Notes under the pieces: generated by a model
The model's input: only the letters and a program-made list of their open reading frames with translations
The model's database searches: none
Told to the model about the DNA's origin: nothing
NCBI GenBank assembly: GCA_030148865.1
Contig: JASBSR010000040.1
Location: 141,145 to 205,144 of the forward strand
Length of the DNA: 64,000 nt
Reading direction: 5' to 3'
Source: Gammaproteobacteria bacterium
GTDB lineage: Bacteria; Pseudomonadota; Gammaproteobacteria; SZUA-229
Shown: positions 51,477-61,826 of the stretch, piece by piece
How positions within the stretch are numbered: position 1 is the first letter of the stretch
How the letters are laid out: each line of letters opens with the position of its first letter
Position numbers and translations under genes: made by a program

Positions 51477-51985
51477 GAGCGTAATGTCTGATACGGGTTA
51501 TCAAAACCCAGAGATTGAAGAATTTGTATTTCCAGTGCTTCCATTTTGGCTGCGTCATTATCGTCGATATGATCGTAACCCTGCAAATGCAGCGTACCGT
51601 GTACCACCATGTGCGCCCAGTGCGCAGTGATAGCCTTACCCTGCTCATGCGCTTCACGATTAATCACCGCTGCACACAGCGCAATATCGCCCAATGGAGG
51701 AACAACCTGAGTGTCCGGGCTGTCAAGTAACGCCGCATCCAGCTCTGGATCTATGGCCATCGGGAATGATAATACATTGGTCGGGTAATCTTTGCCCCGC
51801 CAGTCATGATTAAGCTGCTGCATTTCGCGTTCACCAAGCACCTGCACACTTACCCTGCACGAGGCATCGGATAAAAAAGCATGTTGTGCCCAGCTGGCGA
51901 TTAAATCAGCACGCGGACAACCGGGAACATCCTCATCATCTTCAGTGAGCGCTTCAGAAACAGAATAATCGACCTCCAGTGTCAC
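51473..51985 (-). CDS. ybeY: rRNA maturation endoribonuclease YbeY
   Basis: 170 aa. HxxxHGxLHLxGYDH metal-binding motif (VVHGTLHLQGYDH). Confidence 0.9.
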   Translation of the reverse strand: MTLEVDYSVSEALTEDDEDVPGCPRADLIASWAQHAFLSDASCRVSVQVLGEREMQQLNHDWRGKDYPTNVLSFPMAIDPELDAALLDSPDTQVVPPLGDIALCAAVINREAHEQGKAITAHWAHMVVHGTLHLQGYDHIDDNDAAKMEALEIQILQSLGFDNPYQTLRS

Positions 51986-51987
51986 CC

Positions 51988-52962
51988 TCAGCCGCCCTCC
52001 GCTGCTTCGTAGGCATCGACGATTCGTTTCACCAGCGGATGACGCACCACATCATTGGCATCAAACTGAGTAATACTGACGCCTTCGATGTTCTCCAGCA
52101 AATGCATCGCATGACGCAAACCCGAAATTTTTTCGCGCGGCAGGTCCACCTGGGTAACATCCCCGGTGACCACCGCGCGAGAACCAAAACCGATACGCGT
52201 CAAAAACATTTTCATCTGGTCGATGGTAGTATTCTGCGCTTCATCTAGAATGATGAAGGCATCGTTCAGTGTGCGACCGCGCATATAGGCCAGCGGCGCA
52301 ATCTCGATGACATTACGCTCGATCAGTTTGGCGACTTTTTCTGTACCCATCATATCGTAAAGTGCATCGTATATCGGGCGCAGATACGGATCGATTTTTT
52401 GCGCCAGATCACCCGGCAAAAATCCTAGCCGTTCGCCTGCTTCTACTGCAGGGCGTACCAGCACCAGACGTTCGACTTCGTCATTGTCGAGTGCGTTCAC
52501 CGCACAGGCAACCGCAAGATAGGTTTTACCGGTTCCCGCCGGACCGACGCCCATGGTTAAATCATTGATCTGAATCTGTTTCAGGTAAATTTTCTGGTGC
52601 TTGCCACGACCACGGATAGTGCCTTTGCGAGTTTTCACACTCCAGTGTTCAATCTCGTCATGGCTGTCTTCATGATGCACACGATCATCATTAATTTCAC
52701 TGAGAAATAATTGCACCAGCGCCGGTGTCAGGGCTTCTTCGTCGGCATAGTGGTACAAAGACTGAATCGCATCCATCGCCGCCTGCGCGCTGCCATCCAG
52801 ACTCTGGTCGCGACTGCGGATCTGGAATTGATTACCGCGACAATCAATTGCGACATCAAAAAAACTTTCCAGCTGATGCAGATGCTGATTAAACTGGCCG
52901 CATAAATTCGCCAGTTTCACATTGTCTTCAGGTTGTAACTCGAAATCGAGACTGTCTGGCAT
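51988..52962 (-). CDS. ybeZ: PhoH-like ATPase YbeZ
   Basis: 324 aa. Walker A GPAGTGKTYLA, PhoH family. Confidence 0.9.
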   Translation of the reverse strand: MPDSLDFELQPEDNVKLANLCGQFNQHLHQLESFFDVAIDCRGNQFQIRSRDQSLDGSAQAAMDAIQSLYHYADEEALTPALVQLFLSEINDDRVHHEDSHDEIEHWSVKTRKGTIRGRGKHQKIYLKQIQINDLTMGVGPAGTGKTYLAVACAVNALDNDEVERLVLVRPAVEAGERLGFLPGDLAQKIDPYLRPIYDALYDMMGTEKVAKLIERNVIEIAPLAYMRGRTLNDAFIILDEAQNTTIDQMKMFLTRIGFGSRAVVTGDVTQVDLPREKISGLRHAMHLLENIEGVSITQFDANDVVRHPLVKRIVDAYEAAEGG

Positions 52963-54362
52963 CAGGTGGTCCTGGCCTCTCCACTAGAATACTGATACTG
53001 CGCCCTGCTTACCGCATCGTCGATCGTAATCAATTCACCCTGTAACGAGTTGGTCCACGACGCGGTAATGCGTACATCGACAAATTTGCCGATAAGCGAT
53101 TCATCGCCGTCAAAATTCACCACTCGACTATTTTCAGTGCGACCGGACATTTGCGGCGTGGTTTTATGTTCCAGGGTTTTGCGCGACGGGCCTTCGACCA
53201 GAATGCGCTGCACACTGCCAACCATAGCTTTGCTAATTGCAGTTGCGTTGCTGGCAATCACATCCTGCAAAATCGCCAGCCGGTGTTTTTTAATCAGCAA
53301 GGTAGTGTCGTCGATCATATCGGCGGCCGGTGTGCCAGGACGCGCGCTATAAATAAAACTGAAGGACTGGTCAAAGCCGATATCGTCAATCAACTGCATG
53401 GTAGCGTTAAAGTCTTCATCGCTTTCGCCGGGAAAACCAATAATAAAATCAGAAGAAATCGAAATATCCGGGCGCACTGCGCGCAAACGTTTTATTTTAT
53501 CGCGATAATCATCAGCCGTGTGACCGCGTTTCATCGCTGCGAGGATGCGATCCGACCCGCTTTGCACCGGCAGATGCAAAAAACTCACCAGTTCGGGGAC
53601 TTCGGCGTAAGCATTGATCAGGCTATCGCTGAATTCCACCGGGTGCGAGGTGGTAAAACGGATGCGTTCAATACCCTCGACCGCCGCGACGTATTGAATC
53701 AACAATGCAAGATCGGCGATCGTGCTGTCTTCCATCGCACCCTGATAAGCATTGACATTCTGGCCAAGCAGATTGACTTCGCGCACACCGCGCGCGGCGA
53801 GACCGGCGACTTCGGCGAGCACATCATCGAAGGGACGGCTGACTTCTTCACCGCGGGTGTAGGGCACCACGCAAAAAGTGCAGTACTTGCTGCAGCCTTC
53901 CATAATCGAAACAAAGGCGCTGGGGCCTTTGACGCTGGGCTGCGGCAGGCAATCGAACTTTTCGATTTCGGGGAAGCTGATATCAACCACTTTCTGCTGC
54001 CGGGTCTGTACGCTTTTCAGCAGCTCGGGCAAGCGGTGGATGGTCTGCGGGCCGAATACCATATCGACATAGGGCGCGCGCTGCTGAATCGCGGCACCTT
54101 CCTGGCTGGCGACACAGCCGCCGACGCCGATCACCAGATCGGGCTTGTTCTGTTTCCAGTGTTTCCAGTGACCGAGTTGCGAGAACACTTTTTCCTGCGC
54201 TTTTTCCCGAATCGAACAGGTATTGAGCAGCAGAACGTCGGCATCTTCGGGATTTAAGGTCAGCTCAAGATGGTGGGATTCGGCGAGCACATCGGCGATG
54301 CGGGAAGAATCATATTCATTCATCTGGCAGCCAAATGTCTTGATATACAGCTTGCGGCTCAT
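52962..54362 (-). CDS. miaB: tRNA-2-methylthio-N6-dimethylallyladenosine synthase (radical SAM methylthiotransferase)
   Basis: 466 aa. MTTase N-terminal cluster [16 protein letters not shown], radical [15 protein letters not shown] domain. Confidence 0.92.
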   Translation of the reverse strand: MSRKLYIKTFGCQMNEYDSSRIADVLAESHHLELTLNPEDADVLLLNTCSIREKAQEKVFSQLGHWKHWKQNKPDLVIGVGGCVASQEGAAIQQRAPYVDMVFGPQTIHRLPELLKSVQTRQQKVVDISFPEIEKFDCLPQPSVKGPSAFVSIMEGCSKYCTFCVVPYTRGEEVSRPFDDVLAEVAGLAARGVREVNLLGQNVNAYQGAMEDSTIADLALLIQYVAAVEGIERIRFTTSHPVEFSDSLINAYAEVPELVSFLHLPVQSGSDRILAAMKRGHTADDYRDKIKRLRAVRPDISISSDFIIGFPGESDEDFNATMQLIDDIGFDQSFSFIYSARPGTPAADMIDDTTLLIKKHRLAILQDVIASNATAISKAMVGSVQRILVEGPSRKTLEHKTTPQMSGRTENSRVVNFDGDESLIGKFVDVRITASWTNSLQGELITIDDAVSRAQYQYSSGEARTT

Positions 54363-54574
54363 GGTGTCCTGAGGCGATTACACGGAGAGCAAGATTATCA
54401 TGTTTGGCGAGGCGATAGCACCCGCCACAAGGAGCTATTCAGCCCCGGCTGGCGGTCAGAACACAGATTCCAGCTGGGTCGGGATTTTTTTTGTCCAGCA
54501 CCGGCGTCAGTCGTCCTGCAGAGGGCGCTACAGCCGGCGCTGTGGTAAAACCGCACAGCAGTCAGGCAGAATCC

Positions 54575-55330
54575 TTAATGATGCCCTCCCTGCCCGTGCA
54601 ACGGGTGACCTTCCGCATCATAAAAGCCTGAGGCACCGTGTTTGACAAAACCGAGATTAATCATCTGCATCAAAAACGGATCCGATTCATTATCACCGAT
54701 ATCGATATAATCCGTGGTTTGATAGCCATCCCACTCTGACAATCGCTGCCGGATGCGATTTGGATCAATCACGACTTCTTCCAGCTCCCAGAGCAATTCG
54801 GCCCTGGCTGTTTTTTCGCTAAACCTTTTCACCAGTTTTTTTGCTGGCAGCCAGTCCAGCTGGAGACTCGCGTGACCCTGATCACCTGCATAACTGAGCA
54901 CCTGCTCACAGCCAGTGCCAGCGTCAGCGACACGCTCCATTTTGTGGATCAGTTGATCGGATATCAGCTGGTATTTAAGACTCCAGTCCTTTTCAACGGA
55001 GTTCTGCTTAATTTCATCCGGCGCATATTCGATACCACGCCGATGGCGATCAAAATATCGTACCAGACGCAATCGATCTCCGGTGACCGACTGCCAGAGC
55101 TCACTGAGACCGCGCTCCTGATACTGATGCACCACCTGATTCTTATCACGCCACAACACAACATGCTCCGTGGCTATGTTTTTTGCAGCTGTGTTTTTTG
55201 CAGCTGTGTTTGTTGTTGCAATTCTGGTGACCTTGTATTTTGCTGAAACAATATCAGCGTCAATATCGCAGGCAGTATGCGCCACATCGGCAAATGTCAC
55301 GGTTGCTATAAATAACAATACAAGTTTCAT
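54575..55330 (-). CDS. hypothetical secreted protein with internal pentapeptide repeat and His-rich C-terminus
   Basis: 251 aa. Signal peptide, ...TAAKNTAAKNIA... repeat encoded by a 15-bp tandem repeat, C-terminal HPLHGQGGHH. Confidence 0.45.
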   Translation of the reverse strand: MKLVLLFIATVTFADVAHTACDIDADIVSAKYKVTRIATTNTAAKNTAAKNIATEHVVLWRDKNQVVHQYQERGLSELWQSVTGDRLRLVRYFDRHRRGIEYAPDEIKQNSVEKDWSLKYQLISDQLIHKMERVADAGTGCEQVLSYAGDQGHASLQLDWLPAKKLVKRFSEKTARAELLWELEEVVIDPNRIRQRLSEWDGYQTTDYIDIGDNESDPFLMQMINLGFVKHGASGFYDAEGHPLHGQGGHH

Positions 55331-55417
55331 TGTGATTCACTCAATAAGCTGGACAATAAAAAATGAGGGGCCATGCCCCTCATTAGCATTACTTGTAGAA
55401 AACTCTGACAATTTAAC

Positions 55418-57037
55418 TTAGTCGTCCAGAGCGTCTGCCGCTTTTTCTTCAAGATTGGCCGCACGATCCATGACATGGAAAACAATGTTCTGCTCGTTAG
55501 TGCCGCTAACCAGATGCGCACCCGGACCCTGACCATAAACAGCCACATCTTCGCCCGCATGTGTTTCAGAACTGAGTGGCACCATCGTTTCCTGATGGAA
55601 ACCACTAATTTCAGTATCCACTGCAGTGAGATCAACTCGACCATTCACATTGGGAAGACCATAAGTCGCATCGGCATTAGTTTCATTACCCAGATCACGG
55701 AAACCGCGTCCGTTTGTGTAACCCAGTGTGGTGTAAGGCAGACCATCTTTCGCCAGCGCGGGTGTTTCAGCACCAACCCTGACGACTTTACCCAGAATCG
55801 GGTTACCACGTTTTGGATAACCAGCAATGGTAAAGACATGACTATGATCGGCCGTGACAAGAATCAGGGTCTCGCTCATATCGACAGACGCCACCGCTGC
55901 CTGTACCGCTTTTGCAAACTCGATGGTATCGGTGAGCGCATTATAAGCACTGCCCGCGTGGTGACCGTGATCGATACGCCCTGATTCAACCATCAGGAAA
56001 AAACCTTTTTTGTTGTTATCCAGCACATCAATCGCCTTTGTTGTCATCGCACTCAAAGAAGGCTCACCAGCGATGTCATTGCCCCGATCTGCTTCATACT
56101 GCATGTGTGATTCATTGAACAGACCAAATACCCGTTCCGTCCGTGCCGGGTCAATAGCATCAAAACCGGCCTGATCAAACACATATGTACCGTTGGGGTA
56201 AGCGGCTTTCCATTCTGCAGTCAGGTCACGACCATCGGTACGATCGCCTTCGGTAGAGCTAACCGCGTCGAGGCTATTGAAGGCTGCATCTTTTGGCAGG
56301 AAGTGACGACGGCCACCCCCCATCACCACTTCGATGCCATTCACTTTGCTAGCGGTGGGATAGCGTGATTTCAGCAGGGTTTCAAAACCAACCAGCTGTG
56401 CTGCAATATCAACGCAACCGGCGGCAACTGCTTCTGCCGGCATATCTGAGATATCTTCCCAGTTACGATCAGCCGAACTGGAATAAGTAGCCGCAGGTGT
56501 TGCGTGAGTAATACGTGCAGTCGAAACGACCCCGGTAGACATGCCGGCAATTTCAGCCAGCTCCAGCGCAGTCACCAGCTCATTGCCGGCAACCGTAGAA
56601 CAATCACCGCGAACAATGTTTTCATCAACACCGATAACACCAACATCAGTTTTCACGCCTGTCATCATGGCGGTCATGGTGCCAGCTGAATCAGGTGTTT
56701 GAGCATCAACATTGTAGGTTTTAGCCATGCCGGTGAAAGGAAACATGTCGAAACTCAACTGATTCTCTTCACCCTGCATACCTTTCATTTGACCTTCAAG
56801 AATTCGCGCCGCTGTGACAGTGGATACACCCATGCCATCACCGACAAAAAGAATGACATTCTTCGCTTTCTTGTTACCGGCAAGCTTAGGCTGAGCTTCT
56901 ATTGTTGCGACCGCCTCAGTAAACCAGGGGTTGTTTGTTTGATGTGCAGGCAATACCTTTATATCATCATCAGCACATGCTGTTGATGTGAACGCCAGCG
57001 CTGCCGCGCTCGCCAGAATAGCAGGTGTGACTTTCAT
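55418..57037 (-). CDS. phoA: alkaline phosphatase (PhoA family)
   Basis: Start at M21 of the ORF (GGAAGGGAG RBS; signal peptide MKVTPAILASAAALAFTSTACA). VILFVGDGMGVSTVTAARI and DSAGTMTAMMTGVKT (active-site Ser context) are classic PhoA motifs. Confidence 0.85.
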   Translation of the reverse strand: MKVTPAILASAAALAFTSTACADDDIKVLPAHQTNNPWFTEAVATIEAQPKLAGNKKAKNVILFVGDGMGVSTVTAARILEGQMKGMQGEENQLSFDMFPFTGMAKTYNVDAQTPDSAGTMTAMMTGVKTDVGVIGVDENIVRGDCSTVAGNELVTALELAEIAGMSTGVVSTARITHATPAATYSSSADRNWEDISDMPAEAVAAGCVDIAAQLVGFETLLKSRYPTASKVNGIEVVMGGGRRHFLPKDAAFNSLDAVSSTEGDRTDGRDLTAEWKAAYPNGTYVFDQAGFDAIDPARTERVFGLFNESHMQYEADRGNDIAGEPSLSAMTTKAIDVLDNNKKGFFLMVESGRIDHGHHAGSAYNALTDTIEFAKAVQAAVASVDMSETLILVTADHSHVFTIAGYPKRGNPILGKVVRVGAETPALAKDGLPYTTLGYTNGRGFRDLGNETNADATYGLPNVNGRVDLTAVDTEISGFHQETMVPLSSETHAGEDVAVYGQGPGAHLVSGTNEQNIVFHVMDRAANLEEKAADALDD

Positions 57038-57186
57038 TGCTCCCTTCCTCGTAGTAGAAAATGGTTTCGTTATGATGGCAAACAGACGATTGCGCATTCA
57101 TTCAAATCCATCATACAAACTATCTATTACGAAATAATTAATGACAGGTTGCAGCTTTGTGAAGGATATTATACTGCAGTGACCAT

Positions 57187-57420
57187 AGATTCTTCTTCGC
57201 TGAACAACGCTCATCAGCATGACAGAGTGGGTGCAGCGCTCATCAGCATGACAGTGCGGAACGTGACACCCGCCCCTGAATGACAAACCCAACACTGTCA
57301 TCCTGAACGGCAGTGAAGGATCCCAACCCACGGCAGCGGGATTCTTCTTCGCTGAACAACGCTCATCAGCATGACAGAGTGGGTGTGGCGCCCATCAGAA
57401 TGACACGATTGTGTGCTCGT
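57187..57420. repeat. nested direct-repeat array in phoA-glmS intergenic region (46-bp perfect repeat x2, 18-bp sub-repeat x3-4, CTGTCAT heptamers)
   Basis: GATTCTTCTTCGCTGAACAACGCTCATCAGCATGACAGAGTGGGTG occurs identically at 57187-57232 and 57341-57386 (154-bp period). CGCTCATCAGCATGACAG recurs at 57208, 57237 and 57359, with variant GCCCATCAGAATGACAC at 57390. Palindrome ATGACAAACCCAACACTGTCAT at 57280-57301. Confidence 0.75.
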
Positions 57421-57438
57421 AAGTCACACAATAGCGAC

Positions 57439-59271
57439 TCACTCGACGGTGACTGACTTGGCCAGATTACGCGGCTGATCAACGTCGGTGCCTTTACCCA
57501 CGGCGACAAAATACGACAATAACTGCAAGGGGACGGCGTAGAGCACCGGCGCTAGTTCAGCAGCGATTGCCGGAAGGCGGATCACGCTGCAGGCGGTGTC
57601 GAGATCATCCAGCTGGATACACTCGTCAGCAAACAGATAGACCTTGCCGTTGCGCGCCAGAATTTCCTGAATATTGGATTTGATCTTGCCTTCGTGACCG
57701 TCCATGCAGGCGATGGCAATGGTCGGCATGTCCTGATCGATGAGCGCGATCGGGCCGTGTTTGAGCTCCCCGGCAGGGTAGGCATCAGCGTGGATGTAAG
57801 AAATTTCTTTGAGCTTGAGCGCGCCTTCCAGCGCGATCGGATAAAGCAGGCCGCGACCAATAAAAATTGCATTTTTCAGGTCGGTGAAATCTTCCGCCCA
57901 GCGCTCGATGACTGCCGCATTCTGCAACACCGAATCGATTAGCGTCGGCAGCATCAGTGCCTGCTGCAACAGGGTATGCGCCTCGGCTTCGGCCATGCCG
58001 TTACGCCGACCCAGCGCCACTACCAGCAGCAGCAAAGACAGTAGCTGACTGGTGAAAGCCTTGGTCGAGGCAACACCGATTTCCGGGCCAGCACGGGTCA
58101 TCAGCCGCAGTGCGGACTCACGCACCAGCGAACTTTCTGGCACATTGCAAATGCTTAAGGTAGCGCTGGTCTTTGATTTAATGCCGCGCAATGCCGCCAG
58201 AGTGTCGGCGGTTTCGCCGGACTGCGAGATCGTCACCACCAGCGTGTTATCCAGCAGCACCGTTTTGCGATAACGGTATTCACTGGCGACTTCAACATGA
58301 CAGGGAACACCCGCCAGCGCCTCCAGCCAGTATTTCGCCACCAGCCCGGCGTGATAGCTGGTGCCACAGGCAATGATCTGAACATGACGCGTGCTATCGA
58401 GAATTGCTTCGGCGTCGGGGCCAAACACCGAAGCCAGCAGCCGGCCGTCGTGCACCCGGCCTTCGAGCACATCGATCAAACAGGTGGGCTGCTCGTGGAT
58501 TTCTTTCAGCATGTAGTGCCGATATTCACCACGGGCGGTGGCATCGGCGCTGAGCTCGGACTCACGAATCTCGCGCTCGACAAGGTCGCCGTTGGCGGCG
58601 TAAATAACCAGTGAGTTACAGCGAATGTCGGCGATATCACCTTCTTCAAGATAGATAAATCGGCGCGTCACCGGCAGCAATGCCGAGGCATCGGAAGCGA
58701 TAAAATGCTCACCAAAGCCGATACCGATCACCAGCGGGCTACCGCGGCGAGTGGCCACCAGACGGCCGGCATCGGCGACAGAAACCACACCCAAAGCGTA
58801 GGCACCGTCAAAATCGGTGACCGCGAGTTTCACCGCCTGCAACAGATCGCCGTGTTGGTTCAGATAATGCTCGATCTGATGCGCGGCGACTTCAGTGTCC
58901 GTCTCGGAAGTGAACTTGAATCCCACAGTTTTCTGGCTCTGGCGCAGGCTGCCGTGGTTTTCGATAATGCCATTGTGCACAATCGCGACCTTGCCGTTGC
59001 AGATATGAGGATGCGCATTGCTCTCACTGGGGCTGCCGTGGGTGGCCCAGCGGGTGTGGGCGACCCCGTAAAAGCCTTTCAGCGGCGAAGCGTCGAGGGC
59101 ATCGGATAAAGCCTTCACTTTACCGACCCGGCGCAGACGATCGATACAGGTCGCCTCATTGATCACGGCAATACCAGCCGAATCATAACCCCGATATTCG
59201 AGGCGACGCAGACCTTCCAGCAAAATGGGGGTGACATTACGCTCGGCGACAGCGCCAACAATTCCACACAT
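57439..59271 (-). CDS. glmS: glutamine--fructose-6-phosphate aminotransferase (isomerizing)
   Basis: 610 aa. N-terminal MCGIVGA (Ntn amidotransferase Cys2), two SIS domains, C-terminal ...VTVE. Confidence 0.95.
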   Translation of the reverse strand: MCGIVGAVAERNVTPILLEGLRRLEYRGYDSAGIAVINEATCIDRLRRVGKVKALSDALDASPLKGFYGVAHTRWATHGSPSESNAHPHICNGKVAIVHNGIIENHGSLRQSQKTVGFKFTSETDTEVAAHQIEHYLNQHGDLLQAVKLAVTDFDGAYALGVVSVADAGRLVATRRGSPLVIGIGFGEHFIASDASALLPVTRRFIYLEEGDIADIRCNSLVIYAANGDLVEREIRESELSADATARGEYRHYMLKEIHEQPTCLIDVLEGRVHDGRLLASVFGPDAEAILDSTRHVQIIACGTSYHAGLVAKYWLEALAGVPCHVEVASEYRYRKTVLLDNTLVVTISQSGETADTLAALRGIKSKTSATLSICNVPESSLVRESALRLMTRAGPEIGVASTKAFTSQLLSLLLLVVALGRRNGMAEAEAHTLLQQALMLPTLIDSVLQNAAVIERWAEDFTDLKNAIFIGRGLLYPIALEGALKLKEISYIHADAYPAGELKHGPIALIDQDMPTIAIACMDGHEGKIKSNIQEILARNGKVYLFADECIQLDDLDTACSVIRLPAIAAELAPVLYAVPLQLLSYFVAVGKGTDVDQPRNLAKSVTVE

Positions 59272-59470
59272 ATAATTAACTCAAATAATAGTTTCCTGGC
59301 TCTATTCTAGACGATAAGTCATTACGAATGTGCACACACCGCTGGCAAGCTATATACTGCTGGCAAAGCCGCCAGGCCTGTTTTTTTTTGCGCAACAGGC
59401 AAGATAAATATCCTCACTCTGTTTCGGCGCACCTTGAGTACCAGAACAGGGTCAACCGTCGAGGTCGAAC

Positions 59471-61090
59471 ATGGTTAGATACTGGTTATTTACGCTAGCT
59501 GCATTCGCAGCTCTGACAGTGGCACTCGTCGCTGTTAGCAAACCAGAAATTCTCTGGTCACTGGTGATTCTGCTGCCACTTATCGGGCTATTAATCAGAG
59601 ACAGCGTGCAACGCAAACACACTGTGCTGCGCAATTTCCCCATCATTGGTCATTTTCGTTATTTTATGGAAATGGTGCGCCCCGAAATTCAACAATATTT
59701 TATTGAAAACAATATTGATGCCTTCCCCATCGAGCGCGAATTCCGCAGTGTCGTCTACCAGCGCGCCAAGGGTGAACTGCAAACTAAACCCTTTGGCACG
59801 CAACGCGATGTCTACCGCATTGGTTATGAATGGGCCAGTCACTCCATCGCGGCCAGAAAGGCGATGCAGGAAGCGCCCCGGGTTCGTATTGGTGGCAGCG
59901 ACTGCCAGCAGCCTTACCAATCCTCAATATTAAATATTTCTGCGATGAGCTTTGGCGCTCTTTCCAGTAACGCGGTGCGGGCACTGAATCACGGTGCCAA
60001 AAAAGGCGGTTTTGCGCATAATACCGGAGAAGGCGGCATCTCGCCTTATCATCTCGAACCCGGCGGCGACCTGATCTGGCAAGTGGGTACCGGCTACTTT
60101 GGCTGTCGTGATAAGGCGGGCGACTTTGATGCAGATTTGTTTGAGCAAAACGCTCGACGTGAGTCGATCCGCATGATTGAACTCAAGTTATCACAGGGTG
60201 CCAAGCCCGGCCATGGCGGCGTCCTGCCTGGTGTTAAAGTGAGCCGCGAAATCGCTGAAATCCGCGGCCTCGAACCGGGCAAGACCGTGATTTCACCACC
60301 GGGTCATAGTACCTTTTCCACCCCGATTGAACTCATGCAGTTTATTGCACGCCTGCGCAAACTCTCTGGTGGTAAACCCGTCGGCTTCAAGTTTTGCGTC
60401 GGTCGGCGCAGTGATGTGTTCGCAATCTGCAAGGCGATGCTGGAAACCGGCATCAGGCCTGATTTCATCACGGTGGATGGCGGTGAAGGTGGCACCGGCG
60501 CAGCCCCGCTGGAATTTACCAACTCACTGGGCATGCCGGCGCGCGACGCCTGGATTTTTGTGCATAGCGCACTGACAGGGGCCGGTTTGCGTGATGACAT
60601 CAAACTCATTGCCAGCGGTAAAATTCTGACGGGCTTCCATCTGATCCGCGCAATGGCGCTCGGCGCCGACCTGTGTGCCTCGGCACGAGGCATGCTGTTC
60701 GCGCTGGGCTGTATTCAGTCGCTGCGCTGCAATACCAATCACTGCCCCACCGGCATCACCACTCAAATTCCTGCGCTGGTCTACGGGCTTGATGTCACCG
60801 ACAAAGCCGAGCGTGTCTATCGCTTTCAACGCGGAACCCTAGAAAGTGGCCTCGAACTGCTCGGCGCTATGGGCCTGCAAAGTTTTGCGGAACTTGAACC
60901 GCATCATATTTTCCGGCGCGTCGATGACTTACGCGTGCGCCACATGAGTGAGTTGTATGATTATCTTGAACCTGGACAATTACTGGATCAAAAGAATTTA
61001 CCTGACGGCATCAGAGAAGAATGGCGTAACAGCCGCCCAGACTGCTGGACGCTGCACCCCGAACAGGGACAGCACAGTGATGAGCTATAG
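59471..61090 (+). CDS. FMN-binding glutamate synthase family protein (GltB FMN/Fe-S domain homologue, membrane-anchored)
   Basis: 539 aa. N-terminal TM segment then Glu_synthase domain (ISAMSFGALS, GEGG, KPGHGGVLPG, VDGGEGGTGAAP). Confidence 0.8.
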   Translation: MVRYWLFTLAAFAALTVALVAVSKPEILWSLVILLPLIGLLIRDSVQRKHTVLRNFPIIGHFRYFMEMVRPEIQQYFIENNIDAFPIEREFRSVVYQRAKGELQTKPFGTQRDVYRIGYEWASHSIAARKAMQEAPRVRIGGSDCQQPYQSSILNISAMSFGALSSNAVRALNHGAKKGGFAHNTGEGGISPYHLEPGGDLIWQVGTGYFGCRDKAGDFDADLFEQNARRESIRMIELKLSQGAKPGHGGVLPGVKVSREIAEIRGLEPGKTVISPPGHSTFSTPIELMQFIARLRKLSGGKPVGFKFCVGRRSDVFAICKAMLETGIRPDFITVDGGEGGTGAAPLEFTNSLGMPARDAWIFVHSALTGAGLRDDIKLIASGKILTGFHLIRAMALGADLCASARGMLFALGCIQSLRCNTNHCPTGITTQIPALVYGLDVTDKAERVYRFQRGTLESGLELLGAMGLQSFAELEPHHIFRRVDDLRVRHMSELYDYLEPGQLLDQKNLPDGIREEWRNSRPDCWTLHPEQGQHSDEL

Positions 61091-61091
61091 C

Positions 61092-61140
61092 CGCAGCTGA
61101 TCACAGCTGCCCGCTGCAGATCTGCAGTGAACACCATTTT
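61092..61140. terminator. putative bidirectional terminator between convergent genes
   Basis: GCAGCTGatcacAGCTGC hairpin, then CTGCAGATCTGCAG palindrome, then CCATTTTTCTGG T-run, right after the stop at 61090. Confidence 0.4.
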
Positions 61141-61167
61141 TCTGGTGGTTATTTTGCACAAACGTTA

Positions 61168-61479
61168 TCACTGCCTGGATCTCAGGCGGTCAAGCATGCG
61201 CTGAACAGAATCCTTAATACTTAACCAGGCCGCTTCCAGATCTGAGTGCTGATGCTCACTGAGGTGGGCCGCTTCCTGTTTGGCTTTTTCGATTTTCACA
61301 ATAAGATCCTGTCGCTTCAGGCTCAGCTGGGTAAGTTCGTGCTGATACTGGTCATGCTGTGCTTTGTTATTTGCGTCTCCTGCCTGCTCGACCATACCCG
61401 CAATCTGCTGCAGGCTAGTTTCCAGGCCGGATAATTCTAATAACAAATTATTAAGATAGCGATGATGAATTTCACCCAT
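61168..61479 (-). CDS. hypothetical coiled-coil protein (103 aa)
   Basis: Gln/Glu/Leu-rich predicted coiled coil. No family recognised. Confidence 0.35.
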   Translation of the reverse strand: MGEIHHRYLNNLLLELSGLETSLQQIAGMVEQAGDANNKAQHDQYQHELTQLSLKRQDLIVKIEKAKQEAAHLSEHQHSDLEAAWLSIKDSVQRMLDRLRSRQ

Positions 61480-61826
61480 AGAGCCACCTCCATTTTATTC
61501 AATAGCCGAGGATCAGGGCCTTGCTACTATCGCATCTCTGACAGCCCAGACATGAAAGCGCGCAAAGTTTTTCTGACCAACACCAACCGCGCCTTTATTA
61601 AGATAGAGTGCCCACGCCCAGCCGGGTTCACATATTCTGTGTGGTAGCTGGCCAATAGTGGAAACTCGGCGAGACTAGCATTTCATGGCCAGACCAGCTC
61701 GGTCAATCGGTCGATCACGACAAGGCCCTGAACCTCAAAGTACGGCTCGGCCGGGCCGGAACAAAATGCCACATTCTGACCGCTGCCCGGTTTGCAACAT
61801 TCATCGAACACCACTACCGATAGCAC

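Noticed and set aside
53151-54257. 368-aa plus-strand ORF
   Set aside because: Antisense to miaB, whose radical-SAM and MTTase motifs are unambiguous. No recognisable domain in the antisense product.
57098-57331. 77-aa minus-strand ORF in the phoA-glmS spacer
   Set aside because: Spans the repeat array, Cys/His/Arg-rich nonsense-like sequence, no RBS. The region is better explained as non-coding repeats.
57187-57420. Possible hammerhead ribozyme (CUGAUGAG on the minus strand of the CATCAGCATGACAG repeat)
   Set aside because: The CUGAUGA core is present, but no complementary stem II closing on GAAA, no stem III, and no cleavage-site context could be built. Judged coincidental.
57187-57420. 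Canonical 18-bp Pho box (CTGTCAT-N4-CTGTCAT)
   Set aside because: CTGTCAT heptamers are present, but no pair is separated by the required 4-bp spacer with a second good half-site. Reported only as a possible degenerate or atypical PhoB cluster, not as a called Pho box.
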